Assembly (NCBI RefSeq): GCF_004010195.1
Contig: NC_057751.1
Location: forward strand, 3,425,907-3,487,906
Direction: 5' to 3'
Source: Chiloscyllium plagiosum
Taxonomy: Eukaryota
DNA length: 62,000 nt
Part shown: piece by piece, positions 13,713 to 27,174 of the stretch
Layout: the number at the start of each line of letters is the position of its first letter
How positions within the stretch are numbered: the stretch's first letter is position 1
The notes under the pieces: generated by a model
What the model was told of the DNA's origin: nothing
The model's database searches: none
What the model saw: the letters and a program-made list of their open reading frames with translations, nothing else
Position numbers and translations under genes: made by a program

Positions 13713-14149
13713 CTAAGGAAGAAAGCAATGAGCTGGTTCTTGAATATTGATGCCTTCAATTATGAAATGCTTCAATGGAAGTAGTTTGCTGAACTAGATG
13801 CTTGTCGAAGGTCTGTAAACAATTTTATATCTCAGAATAGCAGGATTATTGAGAATAATCCAGGTGAATTTCTGAGAGCTTGGTACTCTCAAAGGAAATG
13901 AATGAGGCACAAAATCGTGTCATGAACGTAGAACTGTTGTGTGCATTTAAATTCAGAATGAGCAGAGCTCTGTTGAGACTTTTAGGTTCTAAAACCTGTT
14001 TCCGATACATAAATGATGTTAAATTAACAGTGTGCTTTGTTTAATTCTGGTGCAGCAAATATAAATGTGTGTAATCTTGTGCTTCACCTGTTTGAGACAA
14101 TAGCTGTATGTTTGGATTTCTCTTTTAACATTAATACTTTGTCTTGAGA

Positions 14150-14445
14150 TAACCATTATCCAGCACACTGGTATGAACTATTAAATCTTTGATGTCCTCT
14201 GTTGGAAATACCATCTCAAAAAGGGCAGCCGTGACAGGGTGGAGCTCCAACAGTGTGGCTCTCCCACAGTGGGGAATTCTCTTAGGACTGGACCTTGGAC
14301 AGTGCAGCACTCGCTCCAGTACGGACCCTCTGACAGTGCAGCACTCCCTTAGCACTGAACCCCCGACAGTGCAGCACTCCCTCAGTATTGACCCTCTGAC
14401 AGTGCACAGTGTGGCACTCCCTCAGCACTGACCCCCCGACAGTGG
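14150..14445 (-). repeat. Deu-domain SINE fragment with about 4-5 tandem copies of a roughly 32-bp unit
   Basis: gacagtgcagcactccctcagtactgacc-type repeats; reverse complement matches the Deu-SINE core gagggagtgctgcactgtc. Confidence 0.75.
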
Positions 14446-14806
14446 GCCAATTGCTCAGTCCTGATTGTCGAACAGTGCTGTGGACGCCCCCTTTTAATTG
14501 GACTGGATTTTGTGGTATAGGCTCAGGAGCAATGACTACAAGCCCTGAGCTCCAAGCCACACAGTCCAGATGAGTTAGCGTGTTGTCAACAAATGTCAAG
14601 TATTAAAAACATAGACAGGACTGTTTATGATGATGCTACTTTCAAAAGACAGCTGAGGTATTTAGCTGTTGTCTTGCAAATTTAGATTGCAGAATGCTAT
14701 CCATGAGCACTGCCTCTAATTCTTTGGAGCATGCTGTGTTACATCAACTGTGCTCCCTGTAACATGTTCATCAAAGATCAGAGAATAAACCTGTTTGGTT
14801 AATTAC

Positions 14807-14910
14807 GTGTGAAGCAAGTGGTTCAGATTATGAACAGTGTTGGAGATCTGATTGAATATGGTTTGAGATTTTGCGTTTGACTCCTGATTGTTCAGCCTTG
14901 AGTATTCCTC
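14807..14910 (-). pseudogene. Antisense gene exon (104 bp, phase 0 start, open)
   Basis: aagtgcag|...AC|gtaatt; EEYSRLNNQESNAKSQTIFNQISNTVHNLNHLLH. Confidence 0.55.
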
Positions 14911-15009
14911 CTGCACTTGAACAACAATGTTTCACCCCTCTGTATTTGATTTCTGAGCAGAGTGTGCAGCAGGTTGATATGTTACTGCGGTGAAACATGT
15001 TCATGGTTG

Positions 15010-17430
15010 TGGTTCTTTCATGTCAATAACTTTAACTTTCCTAATGTTGATTGCAACCTCCTTAGTTGAAATAGTGTGGATGGAGTAGTTTTTGTCGGAT
15101 GTGTCCAAGAAGGATTCCTGCCTCAATATGTAGATAGGCCGAGTAGAGGGGAGGCCATATTGGATTTGGTACTTAGCAACGAAGTAGGTCAGGTGTCCGA
15201 TCGAGGAGAACATTTCTGTGATAGTCACCATAACTCCCTCACCTTTACTATCGTCTTGGAGAGGGCTAGGAGCAGGCGGTATGAGAAAGTATTTAATTGG
15301 ATGAAGAGGAAATACAATGCTATTAGGCAGGAACTGTGAGGCATAAATTGGGAACAGATATTTTCAGGGAAATGCAGTACAGAAATGTGGAGGTTGTTTA
15401 GGAAACACCTGCTGATCGTGCTGGACAGGTTTGTCCCACTGAGGCAAGGAAGGGATGGGAGGGTGAAAGAACCTTGGATGACAAGGGATGTGGGACACCT
15501 AGTCAAGAGGAAGAAGGAAGCTTACTTAATTTTGAGGAGACAAGGATCAGACAGGTCTCGAGAGAGAGTTACAAGGTAGCCAGGAAGGAACTGAAGAATG
15601 TACTTAGGAGAGCTGGACGGGGGCATGAGAAAGCCCTGGTGGGTCGGATTAAGGAAAATGCTCAGGCATTCTACAGTTATGTAAGGAACAGGAGGATAGC
15701 CAGAGTGAGGGGAGGGCCAATCAGGGGGAACTTGTGCCTGGAGTCATGGGAGGTGGAAAGGTCTTTTCTGAATACTTTGCTTCAGTATTCTCTACTGAGA
15801 GGGACCTTGTTGTTTGTGAGGACAGCATGAACAAGGCTGATATACCCAAACAGGTTGATGTTAAGAAGGAGGATATGCTGAAAATTTTGAAAAACATGAG
15901 GATAGAGAAGTCCATTGGGCCAGATGGGATACACCCAGGAAGCGAGGGGAGAGATTGCTGCACTTTTGACAATGATCTTTGCATCCTCACTGTCCACCAG
16001 AGTAGTGCCAGATGACTGGAGGGTGGCAAATGTTATTCCCAAGAAAGCGAATGGCGATAATCCTGGGAATTACAGACTAGTCATTCTTGCATCAGTGGTA
16101 GACATATTATTGGAGAGGATTCTGAGAGACAGGATTTAAGATTACTTGGAAAACCCTAGTTTGATTAGAGATGGTCAACAAGGCTATATGAGGGGCAAAT
16201 CATGCCTCACAAACCTCACTGAGTTCTTTAAGGGTGTGACAAAACACATTGATGACAGAGAGCAGTGGATGTGGTGTCCATGGATTTTAGCAAGGTGTTT
16301 GATAAGATTCCCCATGGTAGGCTCATTCAGAAAGTAAGGAGGCATGGGATACAGGGAAACCTGGCTATCTGGATACAGAATTGGCTGGCCCATAGAAGAC
16401 AGAGAGTGGTAATAGGTGGAAAGTATTCAGCCTGGTGCTCGGTGACCAGTGGTGTTCCACAGGGATCGCTTCTGGGACTTATGTTCTTTGTGATATTTAT
16501 AAATGACTTGGATGAGCAAGTGGAAGGGTGGATCAGTATGTTTGCTGGTGGCATGAAGGTTGGTGGAGTGGTGGATAGTGTGGAGGGCTGTTGTAGGTTG
16601 CAACAGGACATTGACAGAATGTAGAACTGGGCTGAGAAGTGGCAGATGGAGTTCAACCTGGAAAAGTGTGAAGTGATTGATTTTCAAAGGTCAAATTTGA
16701 ATGCAGGGTTAAAAGCAGGATCTTTGGCAGTGTAGAGGAACAGAGGGACCTTGGAGTCCACGTCCATAGATCCCTCAGAGTTTCCACCCAGGTTGATAGG
16801 GTTGTTAAGAAGGCATATGGTGTGTTGGCTTTCATTAGCAGGGGGACTGAGTTTAAGCACCATGAGGTTATGTTGCAGCTCTGTAGAGTCCTGGTTAGAC
16901 CACACTTGGAATATTGTGTTCACTTCTGATCGCCTCATTTTAAGAAGGATGTGGAAGCTTTCGAGAGGGTGCAGAGGTGGTTTACCAGGATACTGCCTGG
17001 ACTGGAAGGCACGGACTGGACTGGATGGTTGAGGGAGTTAGGGCTTTCCTCATTAGGGTGATGAAGGAGGAGAGGCGACTTGATAGAGGTATACAAGATG
17101 TTGAGAGGCACAGATAGAGTTGATAGCCAGAGACTTTTTCCCATGGTAGAAATGGCTATCTCAAGGAAGCATCATGTTAAGGTAATTGGAGAAAGATTTC
17201 GGGGAGATGTCAGAGGTAGGTTCTTGTCACTGAGAGTGATGGGTGCGTGGAGTGCACTGCCTGTGGTAGTAGTAGAGTCAGTTACATGAGGGACATTGAA
17301 GTGACACTTGGATAGACACATGGATGGTGGTAAAATGGAGGGTTCTGTAGATTAGTTTGACCTCAGAATAGGATAAAAGGTTGGCACAACTTCGAGGGCT
17401 GAAGGGCCTGTACTGTGCTGTTCTATGTTT
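15010..17430 (+). mobile_element. CR1 LINE, about 2.4 kb, frameshifted
   Basis: Endonuclease end (QYVDRPSRGEAILDLVL) through RT (MDFSKVFDKIPH, SGVPQGS) to the 3' tail. Confidence 0.95.
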
Positions 17431-17476
17431 AATGAAGTCTAAAATGTGGTATTTAGGGATTAGCATTTTCTTTAAC

Positions 17477-17562
17477 CTGATGGAAATGTTCCTCCGAGCT
17501 TTGTTGGAAAGTTTGGGTCACATTCAAAGGTTGCTTTCTGCCTGTGTGGTTTACTTCTCTAT
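17477..17562 (-). pseudogene. Antisense gene exon (86 bp, phase 1 to 0, open)
   Basis: cttcccttcccccgacacaaag|...CAG|gttaaa; REVNHTGRKQPLNVTQTFQQSSEEHFHQ. Confidence 0.55.
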
Positions 17563-17619
17563 CTTTGTGTCGGGGGAAGGGAAGTAGTGACGTGTAGAAG
17601 TCACACTTTTGGGCAATTC

Positions 17620-19340
17620 AGATCGTCACGGTGACCCATTGAGGCTTTGTTTTTGAGAAGGAAGGGAGTCAGGAAAATGGGAAGTGACGGGCGGGTTAAC
17701 CTGACATCTGTCATAGGCAGTGCGGTTGTTGAAGAGGTTTTTTTTGCTGTGCACCTCGAAAATTGCAAGGTAATCAGAAAGTCTGCGAAGGAGAAATCAT
17801 GTTTCACCAGTTTGTTGGAGTTCTTCGAAGGAACTTCTGGGTCAAGGGGAGCCGGTTAATGTACATTCTGTGGGGTTTATAGTAAGCATTTAATCAGCTA
17901 CCACAGAAGAGATTGTTGCCCAAAGTAGGGAGCCCGTGGTGTATGTGGTGACATTTTAGCATGGCTCGAAGGTTGACTGAAGGCACAATATAGAGCATAT
18001 GTCTCACTGGGTGTTTTTCTGCTCAGGGACATGTTACGAGAGGAATCCCACAGGGCTCTGGACTGGGCCCTCAGCATTTCCAGACAATATCCATAACTTA
18101 GCTGAAGGGATTGATGGCATGGTGGCTAAATCTGTGGGTGACACCCGTGTGGGTAGGTGAGTCGGAATGGTGTGAAGGTGGCAGAAGGAGGATGTCAGTA
18201 GTTCGTGAGTGGGCAAAACTCTGGCAAATGGAGCAGAATGTGGGAAAATGCGGCTTTGCTCACTTTGGTCAGAGAAATAAAAAAGTTGAGCATGACTGAG
18301 AACTGGGGGATGACTGTGTACGGGTCACAATCAGCCAGTTTCCAAGTGTTGCCAGTTATGAAGAAGTCGAATTAGATCCTGTCCTTAATTACAAAGGACT
18401 TGAACGTAAAAGGAAGGATAAAATAAAACAGAATTGCAGACCCTGCAGAAGGGTTATTGTGCTTGAAATGTTAAATCTGCTTTCTCTCCACAGGGACTAC
18501 GTTCAGCAGTTTCTGTTTTGTGCATCCAAGTAAGGATGTTCTGTTTCAGTTATACAGGGAATTGGTGCAATTCTATCTCAATTACTGTGTGTAGTTTCAG
18601 TCTCCTTATTTCAGGAAGGTTGTAACTGCATTGGAGACAGTTCAGACAAGGTTTTACCAGCTTGATGATTGGAATGAGCAGGTTGTCTCATGAGGAAAGG
18701 GTTGAAGAGGCTGGGTTTGTTTTCACTGAGGTTTAGAAGAATGAGTGGTGACTTGATTGCAATATATATGATTGTGAAGAGTGCTCTTCTGGTCCAGTGG
18801 TTGTGCCCTTAGGAGATGCTAAATGCCCTTGACAACATGGAATGAAAGGATCTTATGGGTGAATCAAGAACCAGGGCATACTACTTAATTGTTTTAAAAA
18901 TTCAAATGCTCAGGCAGCATTTATTGTCCATCCTTAATTGCCCAGAGGGCAGTTAAGAGGCAACCACATTGCTGGGGAACTGGAGTCACATGTAGGCGAG
19001 GCTCAGATGGGAGATTTCCTTCCCTAAAGGACATTAGTGAACCAGATGGGTTTTTCTGACAATTGACGATGGATTCATGGTCATTGTTAGACTCTCATTC
19101 CAGATTAATATTGCATTCAAATTGCACCATCTGGTGTGGCAGGATTTGAATCCAGGTGCCCAGAACACTATCTGGGTCTCTGGATTAGTAGTCCAGCCAT
19201 AATACCACTATCAATTCCCCATTGATATCCCTTTCAGGACAGAGGTGTGGGGAAGATCCATTTCAGAGACTTGTGTAACTTCGGTACCCTCTGCCTCAGA
19301 AGCTATTGGAGGTGGAGTCATTCATTCATTGCCCTTTCAG
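17620..19340 (+). mobile_element. Highly degraded CR1 with nested Penelope and SINE fragments
   Basis: KSCFTSLLEFFE and EWAKLWQMEQNVGKC remnants. Confidence 0.75.
18915..19210 (-). mobile_element. tRNA-derived SINE (further copies at about 27335-27670 on - and about 50960-51300 on +)
   Basis: A/B-box-like head (tggtattat...ggttcaaatc) and a shared 3' tail. Confidence 0.75.
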
Positions 19341-19609
19341 GCAATGTACTGTGCCTCACACGAGGTCATGTCTCTGCACCTCCCGCCTGGCTCTTTGACC
19401 CTTTTACAGTTAATTGAGGTACTGACCTGACTTCATGATTTGGAACACCTTTCTTCAGTTGCTCTTGCCCTTCTCTGTTCTGCTTCAAGGAGGAAATGCG
19501 ACTTTCTCCAATGTTTCCATCGTAAAGATGCTCTGTGATGGATGGTCTTCGCTCTGAAAGGTAACATTCGTCTGAAGGCCCAGTGCAATGAAAAGATACC
19601 AGGAGTGAA

Positions 19610-19850
19610 GAGTGGGTTTCCTCTGGGTGCTCCGGTTTCCTATCACAATCCAAAGATGTGCAGATCAGGGTGGATTGGCCATGGTAAATTGCCCGTAGTG
19701 TTCAGGGATGTGTAGGTTAGGTACAGGAGTCAGGGATAAATGTAGAATAATAGGGGAAGGGGTAGGTTTGGGTGGGTTACTCTTTGGAGGGTCAGCGTGG
19801 ACTTGTTGGGCCGAATGGCCTGTTTCCATACTGTTGGGATTCTATGATTC
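19610..19850 (+). mobile_element. 5'-truncated HE1-like SINE
   Basis: gtgggtttcctc...gggccgaatggcctgtttcc...gattctatgatt. Confidence 0.85.
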
Positions 19851-21450
19851 TGTCACTGCAGATCCTGCTCTTTGTGACCTTCCTCAGAAATCTCCTTTTC
19901 ACCCTCTGCATGGCCATCCCCTCCAGAGCACCATCTTTCTCTGATTACTAATGCCCAGAATTCAACACGTCTATTCAGCTGAGCCCGAACCAGTGTTTTA
20001 GAAAGATTTGGCATAATTTTCATTTCTTTGTAAATCATGTCCAGAATCCAGATGTCTTTGTTGACAGCCTGATCAATTTAACCAGGAGAAAGTGAGGACT
20101 GCAGGTGCTGGAGATCAGAGTGGAGAGTGGGGTGCTGGAAAAGCACAGCAGGTCAGGCAGCATCCGAGGAGCAGGAGAATCAACGTTTTGGGCAACAGCC
20201 CTTCATCAGGAATGAGGCTTATGAGCCGAGGGGTTGGTGAGATAAACAAGGTGGGGGAGGAGGTAGAGTGCGATCAGTAGTCGGGGATGGGGGTAATGGT
20301 GATAGTTTGGAGAGGAGGGTGGAGCAGATAGGTAGGAAGGATTTTGGGTAGGTAGGACAGGTCATGAGAGTGGTGTTGAGCTGGAAGGTGGGATCTGAGA
20401 GAAGGGGGAGGGGAAATGAGGGAACTTGTGAAATCCACATTGATAGTGTGTAGTTGGAGGATCCCAAGGCGGAAGATGAGGTGTTCTTCCTCCAGGTGTC
20501 AGGTGGTTAGTGAGTGGTGATGAGAGGGACCAGGACCTGCATGTCCTTGGCGGAGTGGGAGGGGGAGTTGAAGTGTTCAGCCATGGGGCAGTGGGGTTGG
20601 TTGGTGCGGGTGTCCTAGAGATGTTCTCTGAAGCATTCTGTGAGGAGGCGTTCAGTCTCCCCAATGTAGAGGAAACCACATCGAGAGAATGGATATAGTA
20701 AATGACATGTGAGGATGTGCAGGTAAAACTCTGATGGATGTGGAAGGCTCCTTTGGGCCTTGGATGGAGGTGAGGGGGGAGGTGTGGGTGGAGGTTTTGC
20801 AGTTTCTGCGGTGGCAGGGGAAGGTGCCAGGATGGGAGGGTGGGTCGTTGTGGGGCATGGACCTGATGAGGGATTTGCGGAGGAAACAGTCTTTATGGAA
20901 AGTGGACAGGGGAGGGGAGAGAAATATATCCCTGGTTGTGGGGTCCATTTGGAGGTGGCAGAAATGTCGGCGGATGATGCAGTTTATGTGAAGATTGGTA
21001 GGGTGGAAGGTGCGCACCGGGGGGTTCTCTCCTTGTTGCGGTTGGAGGGGTGGGATTTGAGGGTGGCGGTGTAGAAATGCATGAGATGCGCTGGAGGGCA
21101 TCATCGACCACCTGGGAGGAGAAATTGGAGTCTTTAAAGAAGGAGGCCATCTGGTGTATTTTGTGGTGGAACAGGTCTTCCTGGGAGCAGATACGGTGGA
21201 GATGGAGGATTTGGGAATAAAGGATAGCATGTTTACACAAGACAGGATGGGAGGATGTGTAACCCAGGTAGCTGTGGGAGTCAGTGGGTTTGTAGAAGAT
21301 TCCATTGTTGGTCACTGTTGATGGAGATGGAGAGGTCCGGGAAGAGGAAGGAGGTGTCTGAGATGGTCCAGGTGAACTTAAGGTTGGGGTGGAATGTGTT
21401 GGTGAAGTTGATGAACTGTTCAACCTCCTTGTGGGAGTACAAGGTGGCAC

Positions 21451-21848
21451 CAATACAGTTATCAATGTAACAGAGGAAAAGGTGGGAAATGGTGCCGATG
21501 TAACTACAGAAGATGGACTGTTCCACAGACCTGGCAGAGAGGCAGGCATGAGCTGTAAAATCGACGTTTCGGGCAGCCCTTCATCAGGATTACAGCTGTA
21601 TTCCTGATGAAGGGCTTTTGCCCGAAACGTCGATTTTACTACTCCTTGCCAATACAGTTATCAATGTAACGGAGGAAAAGGTGGGAAATGGTGCCGATGT
21701 AACTACAGAAGATGGACTGTTCCACGGACCTGGCAGAGAGGCAGGCATGAGCTGTAAAATCGACGTTTCGGGCAGCCCTTCATCAGGATTACAGCTGTAT
21801 TCCTGATGAAGGGCTTTTGCCCGAAACGTCGATTTTACTGCTCCTTGG
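21451..21848. repeat. 199-bp tandem duplication spanning Penelope RT sequence and an inserted hairpin
   Basis: Near-identical copies offset by 199 bp. Confidence 0.92.
21604..21632 (+). ncRNA. Minimal Penelope-type hammerhead ribozyme core (duplicated at 21803)
   Basis: CUGAUGA-A-GGGC UUUU GCCC-GAAAC-GUC; helix I is weak. Confidence 0.55.
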
Positions 21849-24800
21849 GTGCTGCCTGAACCACTCTAATCTAGACTCTGGTTTCCAGCATCTGCAGTCA
21901 TTGTTTTTACTAAGAGAGGCAGGCATAGGTGGGGCCCATGCGAGTGCCCATGGCTACCCCTTTGGTCTGGAGGAAGTGGGCGGATTTGAAGGAGGAATTG
22001 TTGAGGGCGAGGACCAGTTCAGCCAAACGAATGAGTGTGAGTGGAAGGGTAATGGTGGGGGCGTCGGGATAGGAAGAAACGGAGGGCTTGGATGCCTTTG
22101 TCTTAGCGGTAGAGGTGTATACAGACTGGATGTCCATGGTGAAGATGAGCCATTGGGATCTGGGGAACCTAAAATCATGGAGAAGCTTGAGGGCGTGGGT
22201 GGTGGACCAGGGGGGACAGGGTCCTATCAAGGTATGTGGAGATGAATTCCGTTATCAATTTAACCGATCACGTTTCGAGACCTCTGGATGGAAACCAATG
22301 TTGAGTCTGTGTTCTTTTGCCCCCTTGAACATTACGCGATGTGGTTTCTAATGCCTATCAGTCCATTTCACCACTCTGCTTCTGTGCTCTATCCTCCTCT
22401 CCATTCACCATCTTTTCAAGATCAGTGTTATCGAGAAACTTTGAAATGATAAAGATAGATTGAAAGACCTGGGGGAAACTATATTTCTTTCACTGTTTTG
22501 CATTGTATACCTGGGCCACAAATCTTTTGCCATCTTTTTGGCAATTGCAACCTCCTCTTTACACGTCCATTTCTGTGAATGTTGAACAAGAGCAGCAGCT
22601 TGCTCAGTACAGAGCTGCATCCACGAGATGTCAGATTATCAGAACAGTGAATCGTGACTGATAGCTGGTTGCCTCAAAGATATTGCGTATTGTCCCTGTG
22701 TCACCATAATGTCAGTCGAATACGGTGAGGTCTGTCTTCACAACTTGCTGATTTGTTCCCCATGCACTTTGTTCAACCATTCAGAACTGCAGCGAGAGAG
22801 ACTGAACTTGTGTTTTCGATTGTACCTAAGACCCGGAGCACTCAGTTTCAGCTCATGAATGTACTGATGAGGAGTCAGAGCCGGGTTACAGTCAGTTGTT
22901 CACTTGGTCTTTCGTGCCACCTTACCATTTAAAATGTCCATGCCAGACTCAGCAGGTCTGGCAGCATCAGTGAAGAGACCTCAAAGACCCATCTTCAGAC
23001 CCAACCTGAAAAGTGAACCCTGATTTCTCTGCACAGGTACTGCCAGACCTGCTGAGCTTTTCCAGCAACTTTTGGTTCTGTTTCTGATCTACAGCATGCA
23101 CAGTTCTTTAGATTTTCATTAGCATGCAGGTCGACTGAAGTCAGCAAACCCTTCCATGTGAGAAGTTAACTTTTGTGGCTTTCTGGATGGGAAAAGACAC
23201 CGTGGCAATTCATGTAGATGCACGTTTGGCCTTTGTGCTAATTTGGCCGTGGATGTTGGTATCCTGGTTGTCCTTTTCCATCTGTGTGTTCTCGGGTACT
23301 GTACACAGCAATGAGCATGAATAGCAGCTGCGGGCAGCCATACTGTCTCAAGGGAAGTGTGCCCTTGAAGGTCAGATCAAGTACCCGTCCTCACATCTGC
23401 TTCATGCACCCAATCCCCCAGATACCAAAGGGGAAGTGCTGCTTTACACAGCCGTCTCTCTTGCCTCTGCATTTGTTTTGCAGTTCTTCATATTTTCCTA
23501 TCCTACTTTAGTTTTCTTGCATTGTTAGCAAAGCCGAAATGCAGTGGTAGAAATGTTTGCATGATTTGGAAAGGCTGAATCGGTTTCTCGTATCCCTTTC
23601 TCACGTTCCTGTTCTGTCTACCCCAACCAATTTAACTCCTGAGCTGCAAGTGGCTGCGACCCTTCAAAGTCTGTCTGCAGCCACTTGAAGGCAGGAGTGT
23701 GGCAAGAGAAGCGATGTGGTGCAGATGTTGGAAATAATGTGGGGTGAGAAATAGCATGTGCATTTTTGAGTGGAACGTCACCTGGCTTCAGAGGTATGGT
23801 CATGTTAGTTTGGAAAAGGAAGGATACAGGACCAGAGATAGGGAAGGTCTGCATGGTCTGTGATTGGCAATGGCATTGCTCAATGAGATGAGTTTGCAGG
23901 GGGTTTGGAATGAGCTGGGTGAAAACTGTCGGGAAGACTTAGATTTAATGGTTGGTGTTCGACTTCTAGCTGATCTTAAAATTGGACAAATCTGACTTTA
24001 TGGATCACACATTAAATTTTCGCTGCAGCCTAACATTGTGCTTAGTGACTAGAACACATTGACCTGAGGCTGCAAATGTCCTTGGACAACAGACCTTCAG
24101 TTTATTTCGCAAAAGAAAGAAACAGAACTATATATAAATATATAAAGATGATAGTTAAAAGGAGCTTAACACATTCATCAAAACCAAGTTTCCTACTGTT
24201 TCCCAACACTGTCCATTACTGACACTCAATCCCAGAACCCTAATTCTGCCTTTCAATGTTAATTGATACTCAGATTATGGAGGCAGCTTCTTTCTGTGTC
24301 TGCTGCTATGAACGTTTTACAATCCTGATGGAATAAAGCCTTTTTCAGTTCTAACACTGTTACGAATTCTCTGGTTGAGAAGATGTTTGGTGGAATGTTT
24401 CAGGTGGGGTCACTGGTTTTCCTGAACTGAGCTTGCAAAAAAGAGTCAAGTTCCGTCTGAGGAGAAAAAAAGACAATACTGTTCTCAACTGAACTCTGGG
24501 TTCTTCTGAATTGAAACTGTGAATCTTTTGTTTTGAAGATCAACCTAAACTCATTGCCCCAGTGTGTTCACATCCCCTGTCTTAGACAAAACAACCTGAT
24601 TTTTTATTATCCATTACCAGGGGTCTGTGATGCAGTTGACTTGAACTCTTTAGAAGTCATGAGTTTGGGTCTCTATCTAACTGCCTTGCTGTATCCCTTT
24701 GCCTGCTGATTACAACCCATCTGCCTCTAATTTGTTCTATTCAGATTCCAAAAATGATGATTGAGAATAATTTCTATGTTCATCACAGTGGGATAGGGTG

Positions 24801-25450
24801 GGAGTGGTGGAGAAGTCAGGAGGAGAGGTTTCGGTTGGTGGGTAATAGCAAGGAGAATCTGAATAGTTGAAAGAAATGGGGGAATACAGTTTAAGGAGGA
24901 TGTTGACACAGACACGCACCTCTCTAGGGTGGAATAGTTACATCTAAAGCCCTTCTGAATTCTGCAATAACATTCAAACATTGAACTGCAAACTGGTGAG
25001 CTGGATACAAGCATGTAACTGAGACATCAAACAGTGGCAAAACATTACAGAACATCAACAAAACTGATTTCAAGTTGTCCCAGTTTGTACCTTCCATGTT
25101 CCTCAGTCTTTCTCTTCTCCAAAATGATGTCAGTCATGTCAAGGGAGTGGGATTTGTGGGGAATCCAGTGTTGACCAGACTAACTCAGGCTTGGAAACAT
25201 AGGGGCACGATTTCTTGACTGAATATTCACTAAAAGAAAATGAGAACTATTTCCTTTCCCAGAAAATTTGGCAAAATACACGTATGAAAGGCTTTGATTT
25301 TCAATTTCGATTCTTAGCGGATTGGCTAATCTTTCTTTCTCTCTCATCCATCTTTGCTGTCTCTCCTTTACTGAACTGGCTGAAGACAGATTGACATATC
25401 TTCATTGGAAGCTGAATCTCTGGAGTATTCATTCAGAGCCTCACACTCAC

Positions 25451-25571
25451 TCTGTCCCCTCGTGTGTTGTGTTCCCAGCTTTTGGATCTTTGCCCTGGAG
25501 CGATCCCAGTACGTTGAGGATCGGAAGAGGCATAAGGCGGGAGCCAGGTTTTTCTTGCTCCACAGTGTGAT
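25451..25571 (-). pseudogene. Antisense gene exon (121 bp, phase 1 to 2, open)
   Basis: taatctaag|...GA|gtgagt; HTVEQEKPGSRLMPLPILNVLGSLQGKDPKAGNTTHEGT. Confidence 0.55.
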
Positions 25572-26104
25572 CTTAGATTAAGTGTGAGCAGGAATAGATC
25601 AGCTGTTATTGAGTGGACACATTGATCGCGCAAGTCAGTGAGATGGGAGGACGGGGCAGTTGAGCTTGTTACCTGGCATTGAGATACAGTGGTGGTTTAT
25701 TCAACAGGGGAAACCTGTTCCTCGGTTTTGTCCCAGAAACATTACGTTGATTGGGTCCTCAATTTTGAGTGTTCTGTGTGATTTCACCAAATGATTCTTG
25801 GTGGCACAGTTGGCCATCTGAAGTGTACAGGTGAGAGGAGTAGGCATTTGCATTTGCTGTCAGTCAGAACAGGATGGTCAGTTCTTTTTTTGAAATAAGC
25901 CTCTGTGACAGGGTCAGAATGAGATGGTATTCTTGGAGATACTCCCAACTTTGCCTCAATGTCACTAACTCACACCTGAAGTGACAACTTGGAACAATCC
26001 GATATATAAACTCTGTCTATGCCTGTGACATCTCGGAAGGTTCCAGTGTTCCATGCTCAAGCCTGTCTGATTGTGGTTTGTACGTGCGACTGCAGTGTGA
26101 TTAC

Positions 26105-27174
26105 CTCTTGTTGATCTCTTCATTGTCCTACAGCTACATTTCCTGTGAGCTTGGCTTCCCAAAACACAGCTCATTCCTTACTGCAGTGGAATTTGGACAA
26201 CTTTGTGATTCCATTTGTTGTTGAGCAATTTCTAAGTGTCCAGTTCTGGTGCCACTGCTTTCTATGTGGCAGGTCTGTTCAGGAGAGGCAAACTGGAAAG
26301 GGCAGTTCCCTCCCTCATGAAAGTGATCCAGTGGGATCCACACACGTTCTCAGTCACCAGCTCAGCTGTAAGTTCTGACTGGTTTTGTTCAGGTTCTCCC
26401 ATGTTTGGCCCAGAAAGCAATGTGGTGACGTTTTTGGCGAATTGTTGTGAAACCTGTGCACTGTTGGCTGATCTGTCAGCTGGGATGAGGTCCATTTCTC
26501 GACAAGTTCCAAAGCCCATCAGATCTGGAGAACTTGCATGTGAAGCTGCTGCACTACGTTGTCCACTCGAGGATTCCCCCAAGTGTGAGATCAGTTGGAG
26601 GAGTGTTTTCACTCAGAACAGTCATGTTGTGGCACTGAACCTTAGGTTACAGGAGACCTTCTTTCGATGGCCACTGCCTGAATAGTGCATCCTTCCTGGG
26701 TCATTTCCCTGTGAGAGCACATTAATTATTTCTGTGTGCATATCAACGCTCACAGCTCCCATTCAGGTCACATCAACTCAAACACCTCCAAACAGTGATG
26801 TCAGTGCACCCAATAACTGCACAGCACCCATCATTCTCTCACTATCTGAACTGTGTGTGGAAGTGTGCGTATACCTTTGTTGTATTATCAGCCCACACAT
26901 CTACAGCTCTTGTCTAAGCCAGGACAGCAGCTATACAGGAGGCTGTTGCTGGACCTTGAGCAGTCCCCAGTGCCTACACTGAAAGCAGCTTTTGGGGGCT
27001 GAGGCAGTTCAGCTGAGGGGGCAGTATCACTCGAATGTGTGCCGGTGCCAGTTCCCTGTGCCTCCACATGGTTCACATGTACACTGTCCTGGTGCTGGAA
27101 GTCTCAAGCTTTGGGGCCCATTCAATAAGACAGCATGTGCAGTGAGTCGCTAGCAGAGGGCCCCCTCCCCCCTC
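26105..27174 (-). pseudogene. Two candidate decayed low-complexity exons (26875-27174 and 26105-26708)
   Basis: Pyrimidine-rich acceptors, AAG|gtatac and GAG|gtaatc donors; S/T/P/Q-rich partial ORFs 26888-27076 and 26262-26612. Confidence 0.45.

Larger units (their letters stand above)
20084..22253 (-). mobile_element. Penelope-like retroelement (RT plus GIY-YIG), 5'-truncated, with 12-bp TSD
   Basis: KGVAMGTRMGPTYACL, YIDN (YIDD), FHPNLKFTW, FYKPTDSHSYL, GFLYIGETER; atcaatttaacc at 20072-20083 and 22254-22265. Confidence 0.93.
19427..23683 (-). pseudogene. Two large decayed exons (about 22927-23683 and 19427-22786) interrupted by Penelope and HE1 insertions
   Basis: Acceptors ccttcaag| and ctctctcgctgcag|, donors ATG|gtaagg and CAG|gtcagt; purine-rich, disordered-protein-like frames with scattered stops (ORFs 19366-19653, 19853-20038, 23618-23854). 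Confidence 0.5.

Noticed and set aside
20652..21549. Two ORFs of about 217 aa as an active retroelement or host gene
   Set aside because: Frameshifted pieces of a 5'-truncated Penelope with the catalytic YIDD changed to YIDN
22409..22468. Stand-alone 60-bp exon VFQSIFIISKFLDNTDLEKM as a DED start
   Set aside because: The upstream intron would be only about 42 bp and protein-like sequence continues past the GT, so it is more likely internal to a large exon
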